This document shows, piece after piece, positions 36,861 to 45,407 of a stretch of 64,000 bases of DNA. The position numbers and the translations under genes were made by a program. The notes beneath the pieces were generated by a model. It had not been told where the DNA came from, did not search any database, and saw only the letters and a list, made by a program, of their open reading frames with translations. Each line of letters starts with the position of its first letter. Position 1 is the first letter of the stretch. The stretch covers positions 2,908-66,907 of the forward strand of contig CAZRRN010000008.1 in assembly GCA_964602475.1 (NCBI GenBank), written 5' to 3'. The DNA comes from an uncultured Lachnospiraceae bacterium (GTDB lineage Bacteria; Bacillota; Clostridia; Lachnospirales; Lachnospiraceae).

Positions 36861-39356
36861 ATGGATACACAGAATCAAGAATCTGACATGCGGATGCGGC
36901 TGCTGCAGGAGCAAAATGAAAAGCTGGATCGGATTCTCAGGCTACTGGAACAGAACACCGGAACACCGCTTCAGCCGGAACAGCGGCAGGAGCTCTATAT
37001 TGATGCTTCGGATTTTGCTAAGGTTCTGCAAAGCGAAACAGCACAGACACTGTCGGAACTTCAGAATCCGTTGAAACAACAGACATTGTCGGAACTTCAG
37101 AATCCGTTGAGACAACAGAATCCGCCGAGACAGCAGAATCTGTCGAGACAACAGAATCTGTCGGCCGATGTTCTTCAGCGTGCGGCATATGAAGAACATC
37201 GTCGCAGAGAGGCAATGGAACGGAACCGGAGAGATGCCTCGTTCGCAAGTCCGGTAATAAATGAACAATCTGCGAAAACAACTCCTTTGAATCCTGGCTC
37301 GATTGAAACAAGAATCGGAACGATTGTTGTTGGTGCTGTTGGTGTAATACTGATTCTGGCGGCTCTTACAGTTCTTGGAATTAATTACATGAATGAAAAC
37401 CTTCAAGGAATATTGCTGTTTGCCGGAGCAATGCTGGTTACCGTAATCGGAGAGCTGCCGCTGAGAAAGCATTTGCCAAAGTTTTCACTTGCGATTACTT
37501 CGCTTGGTATTTCGGCGATGTTTTTGGCCATTATATTGAATTATTTCTATCTTTTGAAACTGCCGGGAAGCATTGCAATAGCACTGACAATCGTGGTCAC
37601 TGCGGTATCGGTATTTTTAAGCATACGTAATGAATCTGCCGTTATCCGTTGTATCGCTTTAATCGGAGGCTATGCGTGTATGTTCCCACTGCAGGAGGAA
37701 ATCGGAACCATGCAGATGACACTTGTTATTGCAGTTGTTTCGATTATCGGACTTGGGCATCTTTTTGTACCCCTGAAGGAGAACAATGCGGTTGCTGATA
37801 TCATAACAGATATATTAAATCTGATTGTGTTCTTCCGTCTTGTTGGGTACGCTGATTTACCGGGGAAAGGGGATTTTACGGCAGAGGCTGTACTTGTACT
37901 GGTGTTTGGCTGTATTACCGTGCTGATGGCGGGCATTTTGTTCCTATGCGGAATAAGGCGTTCGAGACGTATGGGAGAAGAGAAGATTAGCGGTATGAAC
38001 ATCGGAAATATGATTGTTATGCTGCTGACCAATCTAATTGTAATCAGTATGATGACGAACATCGGAAGTGGTTTTGCTTTTCTTCCTTTTATTGCAATTA
38101 ATCTTGTACTGTTTATTCTTTCACGAAAATGCAGCTGCTGTTGGAGCTTTTATCCGGGAATGTGGGTTGCTGCATATCTTTCCCTTGGGTTTCTTCTCGA
38201 AGATATTGACGGAACGGAGCTTTGCACCTGTGTTTCGTGGATAACGCTGGTTCTGTTGACCTGGATAATCAGCCGTTTTACAGAAAGCCGTTTCCTTCAG
38301 ATCTGGCGAACCATTGTAACCGGAATATCGGTTATTTTATTTCTGTTTATGGATGAACTTGGATACAGTGCGGTATTTATGCTGATCTATCTTCTTGTCT
38401 CGTTTGTTCCTGAAAGGGAAAGCCGAGGCTACGCAAGAGAACTGTCGGTTATCGGCAGATACCGGACATTGTTTGTTCTGTTCTTTTTTGTATATCGATG
38501 GCTTGACTGGATCAATGACCGTGCCGGAGAGATTATCTTTCAAAAGAGGGGATTTGCAGGAGCATATATTCTGATTATGACAATAATTGCTGCTGCATTT
38601 ATTATGATTACCACCCTGGTAAGAAGGTTTCAATATAAAGGAACGAGAATAGCCAATGTGATTATTCTATTTATTGTGCTATTCCTTAACCTGTTTTCTT
38701 CCTTATCGGGAAAAATCATGTTCATTCCTGTTTTCTTAATCGGAAGTGCTGTCTTTCTGTTTCTGTGGAAGGAACCCTATGTGCGTGTGACTAAAGCCAA
38801 ACCGGTGCTTTATTGCTGCTATGTTACCTGGATGTACATTGCTGCGCAGCATGTATTTGACATTGAAACGGCGCTCGTTTCTACAATCGGCTTAATGGTG
38901 ATTGCGCTGCTCGGAATTCTGTATGGCTGTGTGAAGAGCTGCCGGTCACTTCGTATTTATGGATTAGGACTTTCGATGGTCGTCTGTTTCAAATTAATCT
39001 TTTATGATCTGAGTGAATTATCGCTGTTACTTCGTATTGTTTTATTCTTGTCTGTCGGAATTCTTGCATTGGCGATTTCTTATATTTACAGCAAGACAGA
39101 AAAAAAAGCAGAACAGAAACAAATCATGCAGACGTATACAGACACGGAGACCGCCGACTCGGAGACCGGCGACACGGAGAATACCGACTCGGAGACCGGA
39201 GAAACGGAGACCGCCGAATCGGAGACCGGAGAAACGGAGACCGCCGAATCGGAGAATGCCGAATCGGAGACCGCTGAAACGGAGAATGCTGAATCGGAGA
39301 ACATCGAGACGGAAGGTACCGAACAGAGGAACATTGAACCGGAGAGCAAACGGTAA
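36861..39356 (+). CDS. large polytopic membrane protein (DUF2339-like) with repeat-containing termini
   Basis: 831 aa. A soluble Gln-rich N-terminus is followed by roughly 20 hydrophobic helices and an acidic C-terminal repeat tail. A GGAGGG RBS precedes the ATG. The family assignment is tentative. Confidence 0.7.
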   Translation: MDTQNQESDMRMRLLQEQNEKLDRILRLLEQNTGTPLQPEQRQELYIDASDFAKVLQSETAQTLSELQNPLKQQTLSELQNPLRQQNPPRQQNLSRQQNLSADVLQRAAYEEHRRREAMERNRRDASFASPVINEQSAKTTPLNPGSIETRIGTIVVGAVGVILILAALTVLGINYMNENLQGILLFAGAMLVTVIGELPLRKHLPKFSLAITSLGISAMFLAIILNYFYLLKLPGSIAIALTIVVTAVSVFLSIRNESAVIRCIALIGGYACMFPLQEEIGTMQMTLVIAVVSIIGLGHLFVPLKENNAVADIITDILNLIVFFRLVGYADLPGKGDFTAEAVLVLVFGCITVLMAGILFLCGIRRSRRMGEEKISGMNIGNMIVMLLTNLIVISMMTNIGSGFAFLPFIAINLVLFILSRKCSCCWSFYPGMWVAAYLSLGFLLEDIDGTELCTCVSWITLVLLTWIISRFTESRFLQIWRTIVTGISVILFLFMDELGYSAVFMLIYLLVSFVPERESRGYARELSVIGRYRTLFVLFFFVYRWLDWINDRAGEIIFQKRGFAGAYILIMTIIAAAFIMITTLVRRFQYKGTRIANVIILFIVLFLNLFSSLSGKIMFIPVFLIGSAVFLFLWKEPYVRVTKAKPVLYCCYVTWMYIAAQHVFDIETALVSTIGLMVIALLGILYGCVKSCRSLRIYGLGLSMVVCFKLIFYDLSELSLLLRIVLFLSVGILALAISYIYSKTEKKAEQKQIMQTYTDTETADSETGDTENTDSETGETETAESETGETETAESENAESETAETENAESENIETEGTEQRNIEPESKR
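37044..37169 (+). repeat. in-frame tandem repeats (2 x 36 bp, then 3 x 18 bp)
   Basis: CAGACA(C/T)TGTCGGAACTTCAGAATCCGTTGA(A/G)ACAA occurs twice (QTLSELQNPL[KR]Q). It is followed by three CAGAATC(C/T)G(C/T)CG-type 18-mers (QNPPRQ/QNLSRQ/QNLSAD). Confidence 0.85.
39141..39320 (+). repeat. in-frame 15-bp tandem repeat x12 (acidic pentapeptide [DE][TS]E[TN]x)
   Basis: GA(C/A)(A/T)CGGAGA(C/A)(C/T)G(C/G)N units encode DTETA/DSETG/DTENT/DSETG/ETETA/ESETG and so on. Confidence 0.9.
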
Positions 39357-39553
39357 CGAAGGGAAGACAAACATAATTGTATATTATGAGAAACATAATA
39401 AACAATAATTTTACTTATGATATAATTTGTGATACACTGCAACTGTTTAAGGCTGCAGATTGTCGGGATGCCATTTCGGCTGACTATAGACGGCCTAAAA
39501 AATCCGCTTTCAGGCGATAGCTTTGAAGGCATAGAAGAAACGGGGATAATATA

Positions 39554-40744
39554 ATGGAAAGAATGATAGGAACAGTATCAAGAGGAGTAAGAGCACCGAT
39601 TATCAGAAAGGGTGACGATATTGCCGGAATCGTGGTGGACAGCGTTCTGGCAGCAAGCAAGGAAAGTGGATTTGAGTTAAACGACCGTGACGTGGTTGCG
39701 GTAACCGAGGCAGTGGTAGCGCGTGCTCAGGGAAATTATGCAACAACGGATCAGATTGCAAAGGATATCAGTAATAAATTCGGGGAAGATACCGTAGGAG
39801 TGATTTTTCCAATCCTCAGCCGCAACCGCTTTGCAATGTGTCTGAAAGGTATTGCAAAAGGAGCAAAGAAAATCGTCCTGATGTTAAGCTATCCCTCTGA
39901 TGAGGTGGGAAATCATCTTGTTGATCTGGACAAGCTTGACGAGAAGAAAATCAACCCTTGGACAGATGTATTGACAGAAGAAAAATACCGGGAATTGTTC
40001 GGATATGAAAAACACAGATTCACAGGAGTGGATTATATTGCATATTACCGCGAATTGATTACGTCTCAGGACTGCGAGCTGGAAGTCATTCTTGCAAATG
40101 ACTGCAGAGCAGTGCTTGAGTATACAGGAAGCGTTCTGTGCTGCGATATACACAGCCGCGTCAGAACCAAGCGCCTTCTGAAGGCGGCAGGTGCTGCTAA
40201 GGTTTATGGTCTGGATGAAATTATGACTGCATCGGTAGATGGCAGCGGTTACAATGAAAATTACGGTCTGCTTGGAAGTAATAAAGCGACTGAAGATTCC
40301 ATTAAACTGTTTCCGCGTGACTGCAAACCGGTTGTTGAGCGCATTCAAGCCGAACTTCTTCAGAAGACCGGAAAGAAAATCGAAGTAATGGTTTATGGTG
40401 ACGGAGCATTTAAGGATCCGGTGGGAAAGATCTGGGAGCTTGCAGACCCGGTTGTTTCGCCGGCGTACACAGACGGACTGGAAGGTCAGCCAAATGAAGT
40501 AAAACTTAAATATCTTGCAGACAACGAATTCCCGAATCTGGAAGGTGACGAGCTGAAAAACGCGATTTCCGAATATATCCGTCATAAGGACAGCGATCTG
40601 GTTGGAAAGATGGTATCCCAGGGTACCACACCACGCCGCCTGACTGATTTAATCGGTTCTCTGTGTGACCTGACCTCAGGCAGTGGAGACAAAGGCACTC
40701 CGATTGTTCTGGTACAGGGCTATTTTGATAACTATACCGCATAA
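39554..40744 (+). CDS. CofE-like (F420-0:gamma-glutamyl ligase family) protein, long form
   Basis: The N-terminal block VRAPIIRKGDDIAGIVVDSV...VVAVTEAVVARAQGN is characteristic of the CofE/FbiB ligase fold as I recall it. The family call is by recollection only; no search was run. Confidence 0.6.
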   Translation: MERMIGTVSRGVRAPIIRKGDDIAGIVVDSVLAASKESGFELNDRDVVAVTEAVVARAQGNYATTDQIAKDISNKFGEDTVGVIFPILSRNRFAMCLKGIAKGAKKIVLMLSYPSDEVGNHLVDLDKLDEKKINPWTDVLTEEKYRELFGYEKHRFTGVDYIAYYRELITSQDCELEVILANDCRAVLEYTGSVLCCDIHSRVRTKRLLKAAGAAKVYGLDEIMTASVDGSGYNENYGLLGSNKATEDSIKLFPRDCKPVVERIQAELLQKTGKKIEVMVYGDGAFKDPVGKIWELADPVVSPAYTDGLEGQPNEVKLKYLADNEFPNLEGDELKNAISEYIRHKDSDLVGKMVSQGTTPRRLTDLIGSLCDLTSGSGDKGTPIVLVQGYFDNYTA

Positions 40745-40808
40745 ATAATTCCCAAATACCTCTTCTACCGTGTAGGAATACATTAGCTATTTTCGATAAA
40801 GATAGCAC

Positions 40809-40837
40809 TTGACCATGAATCCGTCGTCGAATATAAT
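40809..40837 (+). promoter_or_regulatory. sigma-A promoter candidate for the hydrogenase-MCP gene
   Basis: TTGACC (40809-40814), 17-nt spacer, TATAAT (40832-40837). Confidence 0.55.
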
Positions 40838-40871
40838 ATATTTCATCAATCCGTTAGGAAGGGAGCTTTGA

Positions 40872-42791
40872 ATGAGTGTTATTAATGTTGATCCAACAAA
40901 ATGTGTAGGATGTAATTCCTGTGTAAGAACCTGTCCGGCACATGATGCGAATATAGCCGGGTATAACGAGAATCATCAGCTGGTTATCACAATTGATGAT
41001 GATAAATGCATCCGGTGTGGTTCCTGCATCCGTGCCTGTATTCACGGAGCAAGAAGCTATGGGGATGATACTGCAAAACTATTTGAGGATCTGAAGAACG
41101 GAACGGAAATAGTAATGATTGCTGCACCCTCGGTAAAGGTTGCATTTAACGGAAACTGGCGCCATGTTCTGCAGTGGTTTCGAAGCCAGGGAATCAAAGC
41201 TGTTTATGATGTATCACTTGGGGCAGACATCTGTACATGGGCGCATTTAAGATATCTTTCCAAGCATCCGGAAACGAAGCTGATTTCACAGCCCTGTGCT
41301 GCAATTGTTAATTATGCATTAAAACAAAAGCCAGAGCTGATTCCACATCTTTCTCCGGTTCAGAGTCCGATGTCCTGTATGGCGGTCTATATGAAGAAAA
41401 AACTTGGAATTACAGCCCGAATAGCGGCGCTTTCTCCCTGTATCGCAAAGCAGGATGAATTTGCGCAGACAGGCTTGATTCAGTACAATGTAACAATGGA
41501 ACATCTGAAACAATATTTTCAGGATAACAGCATTACCTTTCCGGACGTACCGGTTTACAGTGAATTTGAATTTGATGAAGTGCAGGGGATGGAGGGAGCT
41601 ATTTATTCGCGTCCCGGCGGATTGAAAGAGAATCTGCGTATTCATGCCCCTGAGGTTCGTGTGATTAATGCAGAAGGATCGGACAGCGTCTATGATGATC
41701 TGAATGATTATCTCGAAGAAAGTACAGACTGTCGTCCTCAGGTCTTTGATGTACTTAACTGTAAAGACGGCTGCAATGGCGGAACTGCAATCGGAACAGA
41801 GGAAAAAGTTTTCCGGATGTCCAATATCATGAATGATGTAGAAGCACATACCAAGAAACGCAGAGAAAAGAACACAGACAGAAAAGGTAAGGACCTGCAG
41901 TTCGCATCCTTTGACCATGACCTCAAACTGGACGACTACATACGAACATACCAAGCGAAGAATGGAAACAAGACAGTTATCACGGAAGCGATGCTCGAGA
42001 AGGGCTTTGCGGTTCTTGGAAAAAAGACAGCTACTGAAAAAGGATTTGACTGTCATGCCTGTGGATACCGAACCTGCAAGGATATGGCGGCTGCAATTGC
42101 TCTCGGAATTAATGTTCCGGAGAATTGTCGTCAGTATACCAGAATTCTGATGGAGCAGGAACGAGAACGCGTTGAAATGATGAAAGACAGAATCAGAAAG
42201 ACAGCGGATAGTCTGGAGGAGATTGTTCACAAGCTCGGAACGAGTGTTGATAAAGTGAAACAGGACGCTTCCGATATCGATAGCCTGAGCCGAAGCAGCG
42301 CGGATAGTGTCGCAACGGTAACAGGGAATATTTCCGGACTGGATGAAATCAACAAAGGAATTTCGGAATTGATGGAGCGCATTAATTCAAAGGTTGAAAA
42401 TTATCGTGAGATGACACAACAGATTGAGGAGATTTCACGGCAGATTAATCTTCTTTCCCTGAATGCTTCCATAGAAGCAGCCAGGGCAGGCGAGGCCGGA
42501 CGGGGTTTCTCGGTTGTTGCGGCAAGCATCCGGGATCTTTCGGATCATTCCAAGGCATCTATCAGCACCGCAAAAGAAAATGAGCAGGGGATCCGAAGCG
42601 TTATTTCTGAAGTTAATGAAACAGTGGAAACCTTCTCGCAGAGTATTGATGAGCTGCTGATTCGAATTAAACAGGTAGCAGAGGATGTCAATAAGACTAC
42701 CGATAGTAATCGTGTTATTGTTGAAGCAATGGATGAAGTTAACGATATTTCGAAAAATATTACTGCTGTAATAGAAGAAAGCAGATTATAA
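40872..42791 (+). CDS. putative sensory [FeFe]-hydrogenase-like protein fused to a methyl-accepting chemotaxis (MCP) signalling domain
   Basis: - Two 4Fe-4S ferredoxin motifs: [12 protein letters not shown] and [11 protein letters not shown].
- H-cluster-domain motifs with a modified P1 (SQPCAAI), P2 (SPCIAKQDE) and P3 ([10 protein letters not shown]).
- An extra Cx2Cx4Cx16C motif ([10 protein letters not shown]...PENC).
- C-terminal MCP hairpin core: [27 protein letters not shown].
- No TM segment. Confidence 0.85.
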   Translation: MSVINVDPTKCVGCNSCVRTCPAHDANIAGYNENHQLVITIDDDKCIRCGSCIRACIHGARSYGDDTAKLFEDLKNGTEIVMIAAPSVKVAFNGNWRHVLQWFRSQGIKAVYDVSLGADICTWAHLRYLSKHPETKLISQPCAAIVNYALKQKPELIPHLSPVQSPMSCMAVYMKKKLGITARIAALSPCIAKQDEFAQTGLIQYNVTMEHLKQYFQDNSITFPDVPVYSEFEFDEVQGMEGAIYSRPGGLKENLRIHAPEVRVINAEGSDSVYDDLNDYLEESTDCRPQVFDVLNCKDGCNGGTAIGTEEKVFRMSNIMNDVEAHTKKRREKNTDRKGKDLQFASFDHDLKLDDYIRTYQAKNGNKTVITEAMLEKGFAVLGKKTATEKGFDCHACGYRTCKDMAAAIALGINVPENCRQYTRILMEQERERVEMMKDRIRKTADSLEEIVHKLGTSVDKVKQDASDIDSLSRSSADSVATVTGNISGLDEINKGISELMERINSKVENYREMTQQIEEISRQINLLSLNASIEAARAGEAGRGFSVVAASIRDLSDHSKASISTAKENEQGIRSVISEVNETVETFSQSIDELLIRIKQVAEDVNKTTDSNRVIVEAMDEVNDISKNITAVIEESRL

Positions 42792-42802
42792 AATTTCGAA
42801 AC

Positions 42803-42890
42803 AGATTTGAAAAGATTCAAATGAGATTCAAAAAGATTCAAAGTAAAATTCAATAAGATTCAAAGTAAGATCCGAAATAAGATATAAAAA
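42803..42890 (+). repeat. helically phased degenerate repeat (A)AGATTCAAA x ~8 in the 3' UTR
   Basis: AGATT-type cores start at 42803, 42813, 42824, 42834, 42846 (AAATT), 42856, 42868 (AGATC) and 42880 (AGATA), with spacings of 10-12 bp. The array lies between the stop codon (42791) and the terminator (42941). Confidence 0.75.
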
Positions 42891-42938
42891 AAGAGCTGAA
42901 AAGCAGAAGCAAAAAGTCAAAAAAAGTAATTCATATTG

Positions 42939-42972
42939 AAACGAAGACCTGAATACAAGGTCTTCGTTTTTA
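42939..42972 (+). terminator. rho-independent terminator
   Basis: 12-bp stem AAACGAAGACCT/AGGTCTTCGTTT with the 7-nt loop GAATACA, followed by a T-run. Confidence 0.85.
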
Positions 42973-43354
42973 ATATACGGCAGGCAGCAATATTTACATG
43001 AAATTCTTCTTAAAAGAAGAAGGTTTATATAACTCTGCGAATTACGAAATCGTTTGCGAATATGCCGCAGTACTGAAACTATTGCGCAATCATTAAAAAG
43101 TAAGAAAAGTGCCCGAATCAAATCATATGTTTTCAATTTAGTTGTGCGAAATGTATAAATGGATAAATAAATAAAAAATAAGAAAAAGAAAACAAAGAAA
43201 ACGATTTCGAAAAAAAGCAATAAAAGATTATTTTATGTTAAAAACGCTCGATAAAACGTAAAAAATATGTACAGATTTGGCAAAAGTGAGAAGAAAAATA
43301 AAGCCTGCCGTGATTGGTTTAGAAAAAAATTTATTAATTTGCATAAAAAACTAC

Positions 43355-43383
43355 TTGTCGAAAACGAAATAGTATAGTACAAT
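43355..43383 (+). promoter_or_regulatory. sigma-A promoter candidate for the ABC transporter operon
   Basis: TTGTCG (43355-43360), 17-nt spacer, TACAAT (43378-43383). The spacer contains CGAAAACGAAAT, which is related to two upstream 11-mers. Confidence 0.45.
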
Positions 43384-43428
43384 TGCTTTATTGCATGTTG
43401 GACATATTAGCTAAGGAGCGTTTTGACG

Positions 43429-44343
43429 ATGAAAGATTTTATGCATAACACATGGAAACATCGTGCACACCTGATTATGTGTATACCGTGTATTCTCATA
43501 TTGCTGCTTTTCAATTACATTCCGATTTCGGGTCTTGTTCTTGCATTTAAGAATTTTGACACCAGACTCGGTATTTTTGGAAGCCCGTGGGCGGGACTGG
43601 ATAACTTTAAGTTTCTTATTGCTTCAAGCTCTACATTCTGGCGTATGACAAAGAATACATTGATGTACTACTTCATTTTTACATTGATCGGAACTTCGCT
43701 GAACATCATTCTTGCGATTTCCATAGATCAGTTTGTTTTCAAAAAGGTTGGAAAGATATATCAGAGCATCATGATTGTTCCAATCTTCATCTCTTATGCA
43801 GCGGTAACCTTTATCGTAAGTGCATTCTTAAGCAATAAGGGTCTTGTCAATAATATTATCAGCTTTTTTGGAGGAGATCCTGTCAGCTGGTATACTAACA
43901 ACCAGTACTGGCCTGCAATTCTTACAATCGTAAAGATGTGGAACAGTGTTGGTTACGGATCAGTGCTTTATATGTCGGTGCTTGCCGGAATTGATACCGA
44001 GCTGTATGAAGCAGCGCAGATTGACGGAGCGAACAAATGGAAACAAATTACCAGAATTACTCTTCCGTCTCTGGTTCCGATGATTACAATTATGCTTTTG
44101 TTAAGCGTAGGTAACATCATGCATTCCGATACCGGTCTGTTCTATCAGGTAACGAGAGACAGCGGTGGGTTATATGCAACCACACAGGTTATTGATTCCT
44201 ATGTACTTCACTCGATTTATTATGTATCAAACTTTGGCTTTACTGCAGCAACTACTCTGTACCAGTCAGTTATTGGTCTGGTTATGATTCTTGCAGCAAA
44301 TGGAGCAGTTCGTAAAATCGCGCCTGAAAATGCACTGTTCTAG
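43429..44343 (+). CDS. carbohydrate ABC transporter permease (LplB/MalF-like)
   Basis: Six TM helices and the EAA-loop region (YEAAQIDGANKWKQITRITLP). The start is ATG 43429 after AAGGAG. Confidence 0.9.
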   Translation: MKDFMHNTWKHRAHLIMCIPCILILLLFNYIPISGLVLAFKNFDTRLGIFGSPWAGLDNFKFLIASSSTFWRMTKNTLMYYFIFTLIGTSLNIILAISIDQFVFKKVGKIYQSIMIVPIFISYAAVTFIVSAFLSNKGLVNNIISFFGGDPVSWYTNNQYWPAILTIVKMWNSVGYGSVLYMSVLAGIDTELYEAAQIDGANKWKQITRITLPSLVPMITIMLLLSVGNIMHSDTGLFYQVTRDSGGLYATTQVIDSYVLHSIYYVSNFGFTAATTLYQSVIGLVMILAANGAVRKIAPENALF

Positions 44344-44424
44344 TCAGGGCTTGATTCGAAAAGCAGGAAACAGATGAATACAGTTAATTCACTGTATGTT
44401 CGACAGTGAAGAAATGGGGGAAAT

Positions 44425-45351
44425 ATGAAGAGTGTAGCAGCACCTCTTAAAATAAAAGCAAAGAAGAAAAAGACAGGAGTAGGACAGTATATTCTGGGAT
44501 TCATCCTTACATTATATACGATATTCTGTTTCCTTCCGATTCTTCTTGTGTTTATTATTGCATTTACTGACGAGATGACGCTTACCGTGAATGGTTTTTC
44601 GTTCTTCCCGGAGAAGTGGTCGATGGACGGTATGAATACGGTTCTTCGATATGGAAAGCAGTTAATTGTATCCTATGGTGTAACCATTGGAATTGCAGTC
44701 GTTGGAACAGTACTTGGATTGCTTATTATGAGCCTGTTTGCATTTGCTCTCAGCCGAAAAGATTTTCGTTTCAGAAAGTTTCTGTCGGTGTTTCTGATTA
44801 TCCCGATGCTGTTTTCCGGCGGACAGCTTGCAAGTTATGTTATATTTACTTCTGTATATCATCTAAAGGATAGTCTTTTGCTTTTGATTCTTCCATTGTC
44901 GGTATGTACGATGAATGTAATTATTCTTCGAACCTATATAGGCACCAGTATTCCGGAGGAACTGATGGAATCTGCGCGTATCGACGGTGCCGGTGAGTAC
45001 AGAACCTTCTTTCAGATTGTATTTCCGCTGATGAAACCTGCGCTCGCGGCGGTAGGCTTTATGATGGCGACAACCTACTGGAATGACTGGCAGAATGCAT
45101 TACTTTATATAACCAGTGACAGCAAAACACCATTACAGCTTCTTTTGATTCGAATTCAGAAGAGCATTGAGGTATTACTTAATTCAAGGAACATTCCTTC
45201 GTCGGTGCTGGCCGCGATGCAGGGAAGCATCCCGAAAGAATCCGCAATCATGGCAACGGTTATCACGGTAATCGGACCGATTATGATAGCATATCCGTTT
45301 TTCCAGAAATACTTTATCAAGGGTCTTACAGTAGGCTCAGTCAAAGGTTGA
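44425..45351 (+). CDS. carbohydrate ABC transporter permease (LplC/MalG-like)
   Basis: TM-rich, with the EAA loop (MESARIDGAGEYRTFFQIVFP). A GGGGGAAAT RBS precedes the start. Confidence 0.9.
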   Translation: MKSVAAPLKIKAKKKKTGVGQYILGFILTLYTIFCFLPILLVFIIAFTDEMTLTVNGFSFFPEKWSMDGMNTVLRYGKQLIVSYGVTIGIAVVGTVLGLLIMSLFAFALSRKDFRFRKFLSVFLIIPMLFSGGQLASYVIFTSVYHLKDSLLLLILPLSVCTMNVIILRTYIGTSIPEELMESARIDGAGEYRTFFQIVFPLMKPALAAVGFMMATTYWNDWQNALLYITSDSKTPLQLLLIRIQKSIEVLLNSRNIPSSVLAAMQGSIPKESAIMATVITVIGPIMIAYPFFQKYFIKGLTVGSVKG

Positions 45352-45407
45352 TTTCATACCGTATGCTTGATACGGTTTGAGATAAAATTCAAAGGGAGGA
45401 ATTAACA

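Noticed and set aside
42998-43096. A 32-codon ORF (MKFFLKEEGLYNSANYEIVCEYAAVLKLLRNH) in the AT-rich region before the ABC operon.
   Set aside because: It has no Shine-Dalgarno sequence upstream and lies just after a terminator. It could be a remnant of a lost regulator gene, but that cannot be supported from the sequence alone.
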